NCBI RefSeq assembly: GCF_001194135.2
Contig: NC_068995.1
Coordinates: 37,253,357-37,317,356, forward strand
DNA: 64,000 nucleotides
Direction of reading: 5' to 3'
From: Octopus bimaculoides
Taxonomy: Eukaryota
Shown: one piece after another, positions 27,641-41,575 of the stretch
How the letters are laid out: every line of letters begins with the position of its first letter
Numbering within the stretch: the stretch's first letter is position 1
Notes under the pieces: generated by a model
The model's input: the letters and a program-made list of their open reading frames with translations, nothing else
What the model was told of the DNA's origin: nothing
Databases searched by the model: none
Made by a program: the position numbers and the translations under genes

Positions 27641-29751
27641 ATTTTAGGGTTAATGACAAGTTCCCTTGCGAATTTGAAACCCTCCTTAACAATCGAATGT
27701 GACATTTTGCTGCTTTCGTGTGTGCACATAAGTCGTAGCGTCCAGTCCTCTGTACTAGATAAGTACCTATTCATTGCTATTGTGAGAGGCTTATAGCACA
27801 GTTCTACCTTCATCATTCCTCTTCCTCCATTAATTTTAGGTAGGTACAGACGATCAATGTCTGCTTTTGGGTGGTGCATATTCTTATAAGTTATTATTTT
27901 TCTTGTCTTTCTGTCCAGGGGATGGGGCTCTATAAGATTCCAGTTAATGATGTTAAAACTATATTGGACTACTGGAAGTGCCAGGGTGTTAATTGCTTCG
28001 ATGCGATTTTTGGAGTTGAGTTCAGCTTTTTGTACGAGTCTTATTCTCCTGTAATATTCTTTTCTCATTTGTTCCTTCATAGTATACCATCTCCTTATTT
28101 TATCCCCAGGTATTTGTAATTTTCCTGTGGGTCAAGCTCCTTGATGTTAGTGTCGCTATCTAATTTAATGGAATCTATTTGCCTGGCCTTGCCTCTTACT
28201 AAAGTTGCTTTAGCACACTTAACATGGTCAAAGTCCATCCCGATGTCATTGCTGAATTCATAAGCAGTTGTTACTACTAGCTCTTCGTCATATTTAACAA
28301 ACAGCTGGCTTATTGCCTTATTGTAAATTTTGAACCCATGCCTAGTGTTATTTAGTCCGTTTGAGAGTGGGATCAGTGTCATGCAAAAGAGTAATCGGGA
28401 GAGAGAGTCACCTTGAAAGATGCCTCCTTTGATGTTGTTGTTAGTTTGGCTCATCCCATTAGTATGGTTTAGAAGGAGACGTGTGTTCGACTTCGCCATG
28501 TTATCTTGTAAGAATTTGGAGATGACAGGAGAGATTATAAGGGCCTTGAGTATCGAATTATGCGGGACACTATCAAACGCTTTCCTGTAGTCTATCCATG
28601 CCATACTTGGGTTTTTCTTTTTGCTCCGGCAATTCTCTACATTCAATTTACTTATAAGTAATTGATCTTTGCACCTATAAGAATTCCTTTTACAGCCTTT
28701 TTGACCTTGCGGAAGGATAGATCTCTGTTCAAGGAAAGCGTATATTCTGTCAGTTAATATGGATGTGAGGATCTTGTAGGTGTTGTTGAGACATGTTATT
28801 CGTCGGTCGTTCGTTGAATTTTTTTGCGTCTTCAGTTTTAGTAGAAGGTACGTTGTTCCTTCAGACAGTCAGGCAGGAAGGTATTTGTTATGGATTCTGG
28901 ATGATATCAGTTAGAGATGCAGCCAAAGTTTGGTGTACGACTGTCAGACAATTTAGCCAGAAGTTAGGAATTCGGTCCAGGCCTTGAGTTTTCCATTTGT
29001 GAGACCTCCTAAGAACACATCTTAGCTCCTCTATTCCTATTGCCTCCCATTTCTGCTCTTCAACTTCATCCAGTCTCACTTCTCACGCTCTATCCAGTCA
29101 CCTTTAGCATTATATTCTTTTTTGTTGCTCCATATCTTCTTCCAGAACTTCCATTCTCCAGTCTTAGGTGGCTCCTTTACTTCTATCTTTGTATCCGTCT
29201 TGAATATCTTGTTTTGTCGATAAAATTCGATCCTTTCGTCATACCTTCCAAGCCGTTGGGATTTCAGCTGTATTCGTTGTTTCAATTGTTCCTTGGTTGC
29301 AGGGAGGTTTATAAAATACATCAGCCCGCAGATATTGGATCTCTTTTTGTATTGCAATTTCCACTTAGGAGGTCTGTTTTATATGATTGGTCCTTTTCTG
29401 TATCGTCCTGATAACTAGTTGAGCAGTTACAACTTTAGCAGTGGAATATATGAGGTTATTTAAGGTTGTCAGGTGATTTCCTTTATTACTTAAGATCTGT
29501 CTAAGAGCAACATAATATATCCTGATTATGTTGTTTTTTGTGTTGTTTGAGAACTTCGCCAGTGGTTCTCTATTAATGATATTTGTAGACATAGTCATGC
29601 TGAGTTCTCTGATATTATCTTCTTTTGCTTCTATGAACTTCTCTTTATTATTTACTTCAAATTCTGCGTCATACTTATTCTGGTGTTCTTGAGATTGGTC
29701 CACTTTCTCCTCTTTTCCCGTATATCCGTTCTTCGCTATTCTTTCTTCACC
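27641..29751 (-). mobile_element. R4/Dong-clade (RLE-type) LINE, 5'/RT region, frameshifted and 3'-truncated
   Basis: LKQRIQLKSQRLGRYD, HKWKTQGLDRIPNFWL, MAWIDYRKAFDSVPH, GGIFQGDSLS.LLFC, YKYLG, KEYYRRIRLV.KAELNSKNRIEAINTLALPV, LDRKTRK, HHPKADIDRLYLP...GGRG. The 5' end abuts (TAA)n. Confidence 0.9.
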
Positions 29752-29795
<44 letters not shown>

Positions 29796-30305
29796 TTTTA
29801 TTTCTTTCAGTCATTTAACTGCAGCCATGCTGAAGCACCGCCACCAGTCGAACAAATCGACTCCAGAACTTATTCTTTGTAAGCCTAGCGCTTACTCTAT
29901 CGGCATCTTTTGCCGAACCGCTAGCTTACGGGGACGTAAACAAACCAATATCGGTTGTCAAGTGATGGTGGCGGGACGAACACAAACACACAAACTTACA
30001 CATACACACACACACGCACACACACACACACACACACACATAAATATATAAATATATATATATATATATACACGATNNNNNNNNNNCACACACACACACA
30101 CATAAATATATAAATATATATATATATATATACACGATGGACTTCTTTCAGTTTCCGTCTACCAAATCCACTCAGCTTTATTCGGTCCGAGGCTATAGCA
30201 GAAGACACTTGCCCAAGGTGACTCGCTGTGGGACTGAATCCGGAACCATGTGGTTGGGAAGCAAGCTTCTTACCGCAGCACCATACCTGCGCCTTTATTG
30301 TTGTC

Positions 30306-30307
<2 letters not shown>

Positions 30308-30359
<52 letters not shown>

Positions 30360-31130
30360 TTATTGTCTTTGCACAGCTTCTAACGCTGGAGATGTACTAC
30401 GGTGTCAGGTGTTCACTACAATGAACTAAGGTAACACCTCGTCTTTTTTCGAGCATGATCCGGAGTATTCGAGCGGTTCCAAGCAGTGCTGTTTTCTGCA
30501 AGTGCTCCACTCCGTGGTCTGCTCAGACTGTACTTTACACACAATCTCCAGAATAAGCTTAGTTACGTTATCGTGCCTCCTTTTGGACCAGCTTACTACA
30601 TTCACTCACAATATGTGAGATTGCTTGTTTTATTTTGCTGCCACACGTCATACAAAGAGGCGATTTACTGCTCGTATCTATTTTGGAACTCGGTGTAATT
30701 AGTTCTCAGAGCGTTTCCTGTGCGCTGCATTTCAGTGCCTCTGTGCATCCTTTCAGATCACTTTGTCTTAGCCAACTCCTAGTGTTGGCCTTGTCTTTCC
30801 CTTCGATTTCTCTGAGTTATTGTCCATGCGTTGTTTTCATTTTTCAATTGTTCATGCTTTGTTCTTCATCTTGTTTCTTAAACGCTTTTGGGTGCGTCAC
30901 ATTTTCAGTAAGTATTGCGTTATTATTTCTAACAGCGGCAAGCAAGGATTTTAATGACTGCACCTACCAATTGTATGTGTGTCCAAGTGTCCTGGGAATA
31001 AGATGTGACAGTAGTTGCGTTAATTCGGAAAAGGCTGCAACTTGAGATATGAACTATCTCCATGGACCTAGAAAGCAAGACAATAGTACTGAACGTGTCT
31101 AGCAACGCAGGCCAAGCATGCAAACTAACA
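30308..31130 (-). mobile_element. R4/Dong-clade LINE 3' end with (TAA)n tail
   Basis: Decayed ...NALRTNY... and terminal LQKTALLGTARILRIMLEK, then a short 3' UTR and (TAA)n at 30308-30358. Confidence 0.8.
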
Positions 31131-32197
31131 ACTATCTACATCTTGACAGAAGCGGTTCGGTCAAATTTCTGCAACAATGTTCCGCTCTTTTGTTTTAATG
31201 GGTGACTGGAAAACTATATTTGATGCACGCAGGGACAGTGTAGGTAGCCGATATAAGGGTGGATACAAAGTTTAAAAACAACTAAAAACTTCTCAGAAGT
31301 TTTCAGCTGTCTGAAAGTAACAACTGGATTTCATGGATGCGCCAGTATGAACGTGTAAAAATTGCATTTGGTCATCCAGATCGTACGTAGACAAAGTATT
31401 CTGTGGGCCACTAGATACGGACGGCATAGGCTGTTTATAATTTAAATTGGTCGTCTACACAGCTACACAGGGCACAACTTTGTCCTTTGTACTGCGGATC
31501 TAGAAAGACATAGGCGATTTTTTCACAAAGGAACGGATGTTAGTAATAACGACAGCCACATTCTACCAAAAAAAACCCACAAAAAACCCCCCCGAAAATC
31601 CCAGAGTATGTGGGAAATACGTAATTGAACCTAGGCACTTCTATCTCCCGTGGAGGATCTTAATCTCCTGGAGAGGACCTTTCGTCAATTCTTACGTCTT
31701 TCTTAAATAAGAAGGCTTCGAATAAGGAAGTATAATGTTACATATCTCTTTGATCTCTTGGAACTGGCTGCAGACTGGGAGACTTCTGTTGCGTAAGAAA
31801 ACGAAAATTCATAAAGTCACAACTGAAATTTGCACGCATCTTGCCTACAAAATTGTGCATATTAGGACTCAGTAGCCTTCGAAATCATACGTTCAGTTTA
31901 GTTGACTTGCGCTTGATGCACACTTCATTACACTTAAAACACAAGCGAAATATCTATTTTTGGCGAAGGAGCAACACAATAGATTAGAGTGTAATGTTTA
32001 TGACTTTCACAGGAGAATTAAGTGAGGTAAGCGAAGTAAAATGAACCTTCATATGAATTGAAACCTACATCCAGACTACAAGCATTTACGCTGCGACACC
32101 CTTTGTCAGTCTTTATTCACCACAGTAAATCAATCAACATCGATCTTTACATATTTACTTATAAAACAGATTAAATGCAATTATAAAATCAACTTAC

Positions 32198-32326
32198 CAC
32201 GACTGGTTTCTCTCCGATTAAAATCAGTTTATATTGTTTGTGTAGAAATTTTGGCGATTGATCGTCTTCGTCCATAACTCGTATCGTTAATTTCGAGATG
32301 TTATTTAAAGGGTTTGGATCAGAATC
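32198..32326 (-). CDS. Cadherin exon 6 (129 nt, phase 0/0)
   Basis: Acceptor tattcacag, donor gtaagt. Encodes DSDPNPLNNISKLTIRVMDEDDQSPKFLHKQYKLILIGEKPVV, with the DxDDxxPxF linker. Confidence 0.93.
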
Positions 32327-32706
32327 CTGTGAATATGAAACCATCATTATTTTGCGTTACTGTATATATGAAAAGACAGCGGTAAATAGAAAGAAGCAAT
32401 AAAGTTCGGCCTATATATTTTGTGATATTTTTTGACGTTTTAATCTCATACCTTATGTTCAAATTCTGATGGATTTCTCCTAAATGTAATATAATATACC
32501 TGATTAAATCCATTGGAATTTTAATAGGCTTAATATTATAAATTCGGCTTTATTAATAAATGCACATCATGCATATTATATTATGCTATAACCATCTGTT
32601 TAAGATAATCAAAAAAGTACACCGCGAAAAGCGAATTTACTATGGTACTTGTCCGATACTACTTATGAATACGCTCTGTTTAAAAACACAATATGAATAC
32701 ATATGT

Positions 32707-32742
<36 letters not shown>

Positions 32743-33066
32743 TGCAGTAAAAAATCGTACTGTAAGCGACTGGTGAGCATGGTAAATTCATTATATTATG
32801 TTTATAGTCTATTGTCTAAGCAAAAGTTGAACCGTTCATGTTCTCTAAGTGTGTGAAGCAAAGTTAATGTATATAGACGCCTTCAGAACAAGGTGAAATA
32901 TATGTGCGTCTCAATTTAAATTCGGTTATTTGCTATTTTATTTTATTTAGATTTATAATACATATATAGTAAGAAAATTGGCTAATGCCATTATTATCAG
33001 CGATTAGTAAAGACAATGAAGGAAAATAAAAGAAAAGAAAAAGAAAAACAAGAAGAGTTAGTGAAG

Positions 33067-33288
33067 TAGAAGATATAAAGAGGTCTAGTTTTCTATAATA
33101 GGTTTTCGAATTTAAAAATAGATAAAAAGAGATATATAGATATATAGATTAATTGATAGATAACCGTACAATAGAAGATATAAAGAGATCTAATTTTCTA
33201 TAATAGGCTTTCGAATATAAAAATAGATCGAATGTAACTAGGGAGATATATAGTTAGATAGATAGGTTAATTGATAGATAACCGTACA
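33067..33288. repeat. About 105-bp tandem duplication
   Basis: TAGAAGATATAAAGAG.TCTA.TTTTCTATAATAGG.TTTCGAAT...TTAATTGATAGATAACCGTACA occurs twice. Confidence 0.85.
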
Positions 33289-34113
33289 TATGGCATATAA
33301 CATAGAGCGAGCAGTGTTACTGTGTTTTATAGTTTATTTCGTTGTGAGCATCTTTAGAATCAAAGATTCTTCATCAGATTTCCTTCTTTCCTTACTGTTG
33401 TCTCATGCCGAGATACACCAACACATTACATATTACACACACACACAACCACACACATATGTTGGTATACGCAGAGGTACTACACCATAGAAATGATTAG
33501 TGACTTATCGACTTGTAGTGTTGTGTTCAAATGCTGAACAACCAATGGTGTATTTTGGAGACTCAAACAGAAATATCTATCTCCCGAAGTTCTTAACGGC
33601 TGATAAACAACACAGATCTTACTAATAGAATTGTTGTTGAAATCTCGTGAGGGCATTACATTATTAATAAATATTACTTCATGTAGCATTGCTAAAATCA
33701 AGTCTCTCTTTCACTCTGAACTACAAAAGAACTTTTCTCTTCATAAATTTGTTTTTCTCTCAGCGGAGCTCTGCGTATGTTGCGTGAAGTCAGCAACTAT
33801 TTGTTATTATAAAATTTACAAAATTAAATTCTACCGACGTCGACTTTACCTTGCTGACCATGTGCCAAAATTTGAAACAAATATTATACAAAATTGAAGA
33901 AAAATTATTTTCTAATTTTGACACAAGGCCAGTAATGTTAGGTGAGGGGGTTAGTCAATTACATGAGTGGGACTTTCTTTTATCAACCACCACGAAAGGA
34001 TGAGAGGGTAAGTTGACCTCAGTGGAATTTTAACTGAGAACGTAAAGAACAGGAAGAAATGCTGCTAAGCATTCAATAACAATAGTGGATTAAGAAAGAT
34101 ATTTACAACTTAC

Positions 34114-34248
34114 TGTTATTTCAATATCTAATTCATAAAATCTTATGCCGTGATCAAAATCCAAAGGTCGCTCGAGAAATACTCTACCGCTCTTATCCAT
34201 TGTAAACATATCATCGACATTTTCCTGTGTATTTCTCGCAGAAATCCC
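34114..34248 (-). CDS. Cadherin exon 5 (135 nt, phase 0/0)
   Basis: Acceptor tatttttctag, donor gtaagt. Encodes GISARNTQENVDDMFTMDKSGRVFLERPLDFDHGIRFYELDIEIT, with the F-x-x-D-x-x-G and LDFD (LDRE-like) motifs. Confidence 0.93.
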
Positions 34249-35494
34249 CTAGAAAAATAAGATAATAATTTTAGTGTATTTGTCGCAGAAAATAGAATAT
34301 TAATTTTAGTACATTGGTAAAATATAAATTTTAGTGCATAGATAATCACTGGACTTACTGTGCAGACAAAGATTCATAAAAGTTCATAGTTACATAATGC
34401 TTTGTCAGCGAAATTACAAAGAGTATCGTGTGAGGGGGTGTGGGTGTTTATATGCTCCATGCAAGGATATTGGTGATATACACAACAACCGAAATATTAA
34501 GATCACAAATTCTTTTAAGTTGTTTATCCAAAAGATTTGTCCTAACCGTTGAAGTCAAAATCAAAATTATAATCCCAAACCAGCTTTCATTAATAAATTG
34601 TTTTAGCTATGTGTTTAGATCCAGTAATAATCTTTTCTACTGGAAGCACAAGGTCTCAAATTATTTACTGTAGAAGGATAGTCAATTATATTAACCTCAG
34701 TGATCAAATGGTACTTATTTTATAGTTAACGAAATGAGGAAATCAAAGTAGAGCACACCGACGTTTGAATTCGAAACGTACAACCGGAAGAAAAGTCGCT
34801 AAGCGATCTGTACGGCACAGTACGGCTCGTCCCCTTTACATTTGGTGGTAACAGCTCGTCGCCTTTAGATTTGGTGATAACTGCTTGAAAAGTGGGCACA
34901 AGTTCATCAATTTCGGGGTTGGGGAAAGATGATTACATAGAAACCAGTGCTTAACTGGTACTTATTTTATCATCCCCAAAGGATGAAACGCAAAGTCGCA
35001 TGCGGAGGAATTTGAACTCAGAACGTAAAGGTATATGATATGCTACTGAGCATTTTGCTCGCTTTGCGAACGATTCTACCAGCACAACATCTTAGAACCG
35101 GTAAGCCTGAAAGCTGTATAAGTATGTATATGTTATTCTCTAATTATTCTTTCAACCCACACTCTCTCTCTTACACGCCCTCTCTCTTTTTCCCTCTTAT
35201 TCCTTTCTGTCGAGGATCGTAGGCTGGTAACGTCAAAAACTTTTCCGTTCTTCCCGAGCGTTAAACTAAGCAATACACTTGCTTGTTGTTACTTCACTTG
35301 TCTTCGTCTTTTGTTTATTTGAACTATATTTGAGCTATATATATTCATCTAATGATAAGAAATAATGCATTAAAATGCATTAAATATCCGGTTAGACATC
35401 TCTAAAGCACTCAGTTTGAAACGAATTTGGTTATCTACATCCAAGAATCAGACACCAATAAATGCAAGTAGAATACACATCCAAAGTAATTCCT

Positions 35495-35540
<46 letters not shown>

Positions 35541-35793
35541 CTCATTTATTCTTTTACTTGTTTCAGTCATTTGACTGTGGCCATTCTGGAGCATCACCGT
35601 TAGTCAACCAAATCGAACTTAGGACTTATTCTTTGTAAGCCTAGTACTTATGCTATCGAGGTCGGTTGTGAAACGATGGTTTGGGGCGGACTAACACAGA
35701 CACACAAATATTTATACAGCTGTAAGACAAACTTTCTCTATATAAATGTCCTGAAAATTCCACACAGCCTTAACTTTGTTTTCTCATTTTATT

Positions 35794-35841
<48 letters not shown>

Positions 35842-36560
35842 ATATGTATCTATCTATATATCTATATATATATATATACATGCATATATACTGACACATT
35901 TGTCTCACACACACAAGCGCATGTTCTCTCTCACATGCTCACACACTCACATGCATATAATTCTTTGAAGACGTTTATGTTATTTCTTCTTTATCGTATC
36001 CATCTCACGTCCATTCATACACATTGACATTGCAGTATACGACCAAATAGCGAGGGTATGCACAATTTTTAGGGTATGTAGAATAAATAATTGGACGAGG
36101 TTGTTGACATCATCTCTGTCGTAACTGCTTATGGATATGTCGAACCCTTCGTTACCTTAAGGTTTTTACACAGCAGCAATCACCCAGAAACACTGATTTC
36201 CCAGTGCTCAGAAATATTCTCATATCGATGACACTAATTATGGTAAATTGTCTACGGAAGCCTGAAGCCTTCTGAGGGAATGATATCGATATTGAAAGGT
36301 AGAAATCTAGATATCCAACCGAATGAATTTACAAGCTGATTTATTCATTGTGCTACAGCATTACATGATTACAGCGGTGTTGCAATTTTATGTGGTGTAT
36401 CCTCTAGCCTATCTAATATCAGAATGGCTTTACAGCGCTTATCCTTTTTTGCCTTTTAGAATGTTTGATTTGCCTGTATTTATGATTGGAAACGAAGTTT
36501 GTACGTTGTCCTTAGGCGTGATGTACAATTTGCATTTCTCTGTGTGTGTGTTTATGTGTT

Positions 36561-36595
<35 letters not shown>

Positions 36596-37417
36596 NNNNN
36601 NNNNNNNNNNNNNNNNNNNNNNNNNNNNNNNNNNNNNNNNNNNNNNNNNNNNNNNNNNNNNNNNNNNNNNNNNNNNNNNNNNNNNNNNNNNNNNNNNNNN
36701 NNNNNNNNNNNNNNNNNNNNNNNNNNNNNNNNNNNNNNNNNNNNNNNNNNNNNNNNNNNNNNNNNNNNNNNNNNNNNNNNNNNNNNNNNNNNNNNNNNNN
36801 NNNNNNNNNNNNNNNNNNNNNNNNNNNNNNNNNNNNNNNNNNNNNNNNNNNNNNNNNNNNNNNNNNNNNNNNNNNNNNNNNNNNNNNNNNNNNNNNNNNN
36901 NNNNNNNNNNNNNNNNNNNNNNNNNNNNNNNNNNNNNNNNNNNNNNNNNNNNNNNNNNNNNNNNNNNNNNNNNNNNNNNNNNNNNNNNNNNNNNNNNNNN
37001 NNNNNNNNNNNNNNNNNNNNNNNNNNATATGAAAAAAAAGTGAGTTCAAAAAGTAAAAGTCAAACTTTTTGAAGGATCCAAAAGCGAGAAAAAATAAAAT
37101 AATTTCCAATAAAAGATTCGTCATATTCATAAAAATCAGCCAGAACAAGTATAAAGAAATGAAAATAACAATTAAAAAAAACCTTTGTTATAGGTATAAA
37201 GATACCATAAACATATACGAAAATGGGGAACATATATTAAAATCAAAATTGAATTTAATACATACGCACGTTTCAAAGGACAATAGAAATATGTGAGACA
37301 AAATTATAATAATAATTATAATTATAATTAAAGTTATGCATTGTCATTCTCATCAGTGTCAAGAATTTTAGAAAGAACATCAAAAAGTTTATTAATAAAA
37401 TTCAATAAGAAAAAAAC

Positions 37418-37463
37418 AGATTTATGTACACAAACACACACAAAAACGAGTGCATGCACGCAT

Positions 37464-37504
<41 letters not shown>

Positions 37505-37974
37505 AACACACACACGTAGACAAAGCTGTCTTGACAGCATGATTGAACCTCGGGAAAATCGTACTGTGACCTGTAGTATTCATTTATTGACAGTAAATCA
37601 CAACATATATAGATCAGAATTGGGCTCTTGATGCGTGAGGCTCCCGAGCAACTGCCAGGTGTACACATTCCATAAGACGGCACTGCTCATAAACACACAC
37701 GCACACCCGTACACACACGTATGAACTTAGATTAGTTAGATAGATAAATACATACATACATACATACATACATACACTGATGAGAATTACAATGCATAAG
37801 TTTAATTATTATTATTATTACTATTTTTTCTTACATATTTATATTGTCTTTTGAAACGTGCGTATATATTAAATTCAATTTTGTAATTTAATTCAATTTT
37901 GATTTTAACATATTTTCTCCATTTTTATACTATACTTGTTTATGATATCTTTATACCTATAACGAATTTTTTCA

Positions 37975-38012
<38 letters not shown>

Positions 38013-39259
38013 TACCATTTACCATTACCAACAGGGTCACTACTACTACTACAACCAACAAAAAATGCCCCCACGTGGACTATTGACAGCAGTAAGGAAC
38101 AATTATGAACTCTTCATTTAATTTCATTTTTTTAAATATGTATTTTTGATAAGGTTCGTTTTTACAAGAACCGAAACATGTTAAAAATATCTCTGAAAAA
38201 ATTTTTTAATTAAAATTNNNNNNNNNNNNNNNNNNNNNNNNNNNNNNNNNNNNNNNNNNNNNNNNNNNNNNNNNNNNNNNNNNNNNNNNNNNNNNNNNNN
38301 NNNNNNNNNNNNNNNNNNNNNNNNNNNNNNNNNNNNNNNNNNNNNNNNNNNNNNNNNNNNNNNNNNNNNNNNNNNNNNNNNNNNNNNNNNNNNNNNNNNN
38401 NNNNNNNNNNNNNNNNNNNNNNNNNNNNNNNNNNNNNNNNNNNNNNNNNNNNNNNNNNNNNNNNNNNNNNNNNNNNNNNNNNNNNNNNNNNNNNNNNNNN
38501 NNNNNNNNNNNNNNNNNNNNNNNNNNNNNNNNNNNNNNNNNNNNNNNNNNNNNNNNNNNNNNNNNNNNNNNNNNNNNNNNNNNNNNNNNNNNNNNNNNNN
38601 NNNNNNNNNNNNNNNNNNNNNNNNNNNNNNNNNNNNNNNNNNNNNNNNNNNNNNNNNNNNNNNNNNNNNNNNNNNNNNNNNNNNNNNNNNNNNNNNNNNN
38701 NNNNNNNNNNNNNNNNNNNNNNNNNNNNNNNNNNNNNNNNNNNNNNNNNNNNNNNNNNNNNNNNNNNNNNNNNNNNNNNNNNNNNNNNNNNNNNNNNNNN
38801 NNNNNNNNNNNNNNNNNNNNNNNNNNNNNNNNNNNNNNNNNNNNNNNNNNNNNNNNNNNNNNNNNNNNNNNNNNNNNNNNNNNNNNNNNNNNNNNNNNNN
38901 NNNNNNNNNNNNNNNNNNNNNGCACATATACATAAGGTAGTGCAAACATTCATGTATATGTTTGAGTATGTATGTATCTATCTATCTAATCTGTGTTTAT
39001 AGGTATGTGTACAGGTGTGCGTGTGTGTTTATGAGCAGTGCCGTCTTATGGAATGTGTACACCTGGCAGTTGCTCAGGAGCCTTACGCATCAAGGGTCCA
39101 ATTCTGATCTATATATGTTGTGATTTACTGTCAATAAATGAATACTACAGGTCACAGTACGGGGTTCAATCATGCTGTCAGGACAGCTTTGTCTACGAGT
39201 GTGTGTGTGTGTGTGTGTGTGTGCGTGCACCCGTTTGTGTGTATACGTGTACGTAAATC
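37418..39259. mobile_element. Large inverted-repeat (foldback/long-TIR) structure, arms about 37418-37775 and 38965-39259
   Basis: 37561-37623 is the exact reverse complement of 39098-39160, and 37646-37707 also has an exact inverted match in the right arm. Twin spurious ORFs MPSYGMCTPGSCSGA... appear on opposite strands. The interior is mostly a gap. Confidence 0.85.
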
Positions 39260-39800
39260 TTCACTTATATATAAGCACGTTTCATTTAAGTATGCTTTAT
39301 TTATTTTAGAAATACCGGATACATATTTTTGAGCGCACACATACGCACACAAATACATACACACAAACACATATAATCAATATGTATATATTTTTGTAAT
39401 ATCTATATGTATAAATCAGCATGTGAGTGAATACGTACTTTCTGTTAAGTTTATATTAAATTAATTGAAAAAGTAAACAGCAAGAAATAAATTTGTTTCA
39501 TCTATAAAAAAAAAAATACAACTCAAACAACCATAACGAAATTCGAACCAAACACGACAAGTGAAAAAATTAACAAAAAAAAAAAGAAAACAAGCAAACA
39601 AACAAAATCGAATAGCAAAAACATCAACATAAACAGAAAAGAAAACTATAAAAAACAGGATAAATATAAAAAAAATAGCAGATGTTTTACAAATACCTAT
39701 TTAGATTAAAAGAAGCTGGTTATGTTTTAAGTGAATTTCCATACAGATAAATCGCAAAACGTTAATTTTAAATCTTACATAAATTGAAATGGCCACTCAC

Positions 39801-39887
39801 CAGTAGTTGATATCTTACTTCAGATCTGCTAACATCGTGTAGGTCACCTCCTTCAACTTGATATATCAGTTCGCCACTTTTGGTTTT
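39801..39887 (-). CDS. Cadherin exon 4 (87 nt, phase 0/0)
   Basis: Acceptor aatttcag (pyrimidine tract falls in the adjacent N gap), donor gtgagt. Encodes KTKSGELIYQVEGGDLHDVSRSEVRYQLL. Confidence 0.88.
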
Positions 39888-40213
39888 CTGAAATTNNNNN
39901 NNNNNNNNNNNNNNNNNNNNNNNNNNNNNNNNNNNNNNNNNNNNNNNNNNNNNNNNNNNNNNNNNNNNNNNNNNNNNNNNNNNNNNNNNNNNNNNNNNNN
40001 NNNNNNNNNNNNNNNNNNNNNNNAATTATTTAATAATTTTGTCTTTATCGTTCTTTTACGCATGCTAGCTACTGATATTATTGTAGATTATTAACAATAA
40101 TATCCTTATATTCATGCATATATATATATATATACATACACACACACATATATATACGTAATTCACATTGCAGTTATTACATAGGGTATATTACAAACAC
40201 ATACGCACACATA

Positions 40214-41289
40214 CAGGGGTTGGACAAAATAATAGAAGCACCTAGCACCATAGCATCATAATTTTAAAATATCTATAAAACCGTCAAAAGCTTGTTTATT
40301 TTCATGTTTTTTAATTTATTATTAGTGTTGCTTAATATGTTTTGCTAAAATTGCTGTTTCTTATCAGATATCATCAGAAAAGGGTAATTAAAATTCATCA
40401 AAATGACAGATAAATAGGACTTTCAAAGGTGTCAAATTGTTGGTGCTCGTATGGCAGGCGCCGATGTAACGAAAATAGTCGAAATGTTTGGTGTATCAAG
40501 AAGTACTGTCTTGAAAGTAATAACAGCATTTGAGAAAAAGGGAAAATTTCTGCAGAGCTTAATGACCATCTCGAGAACTCAGTTTCCACAAAATCTGTTC
40601 GCCGGAAGCTGCACAAAATCGGATTTCACGGGAATGCTGCAATCAGAAAGCTACTACTTTGAAAAACAAACATTGAAAAGCGTTTAGAGTGGAGTAAAAA
40701 CCTACAGAATTGTTCCCTAGAGCAGTGTAAGAATGTTATTTTATCGGACGAGTCATCCTTAACCTTATTTCCGACCACCGGCCGAATATACCTGTGAGGA
40801 TAGCAAGAAGAATCATTTGACCCAAACTGCCTTCTCCCAACTGCTAAACATAGAGGAGGATCTGTGATGATCTGACAGGGGGAGGGGGCTATATCTTGGA
40901 AATCCGAAAGCTCAATAGTTTCCCTTCATGGCAGAATTGATAGCCAAGGCTATTTAAGCATTTTATCTGATCAAATTGATCCTATGGTTGCAGAGCTGTT
41001 TCCGGAGGGACAGGCATTCTTTCAGGATGATAATTCACTAATTCACACAGCTAAAGTTGTTACTGAATGGTACGAGGAACATTTTTGTGAAGTTGAACAT
41101 CCTATATGCTCCATAGTCCCCAGATCTCAATATTATTGAAAATTTATGGTACATTCTAGAAAAACAATAAGTCGATATCCTCCACCATCATCACTACTAG
41201 AACTGAAGACTGCTTTTGATGAAGAATGGACAAACATTCCTTTGGAAACAATTCAAACTTTGCATGAGTTTATAACTCGTAGATTAGAN
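40214..41289 (+). mobile_element. Tc1-like (DD34E) transposon, decayed; right end lost in a gap
   Basis: TA then CAGGGGTTGGACAAAATAAT TIR. Transposase remnants: MFGVSRSTVLKV, IFSDES-like, GGSVMI, FFQDDN..IHTAKVV.EW, SPDLNIIENLW. Confidence 0.9.
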
Positions 41290-41444
41290 NNNNNNNNNTA
41301 CATCTACATGTATATATAGATGCATATCTGGGTACAGGACATTGCAAAAAACGTGAACAAAATGCTAAACGGAGTACAGAAAACACACAGGCCACATAGA
41401 GAACATTTCCTTCATCAGCTGCCACCATTCTAAAACTAAGCGTT

Positions 41445-41502
<58 letters not shown>

Positions 41503-41529
41503 NNNNNNNNNNNNNNNNNNNNNNNNNNN

Positions 41530-41575
<46 letters not shown>

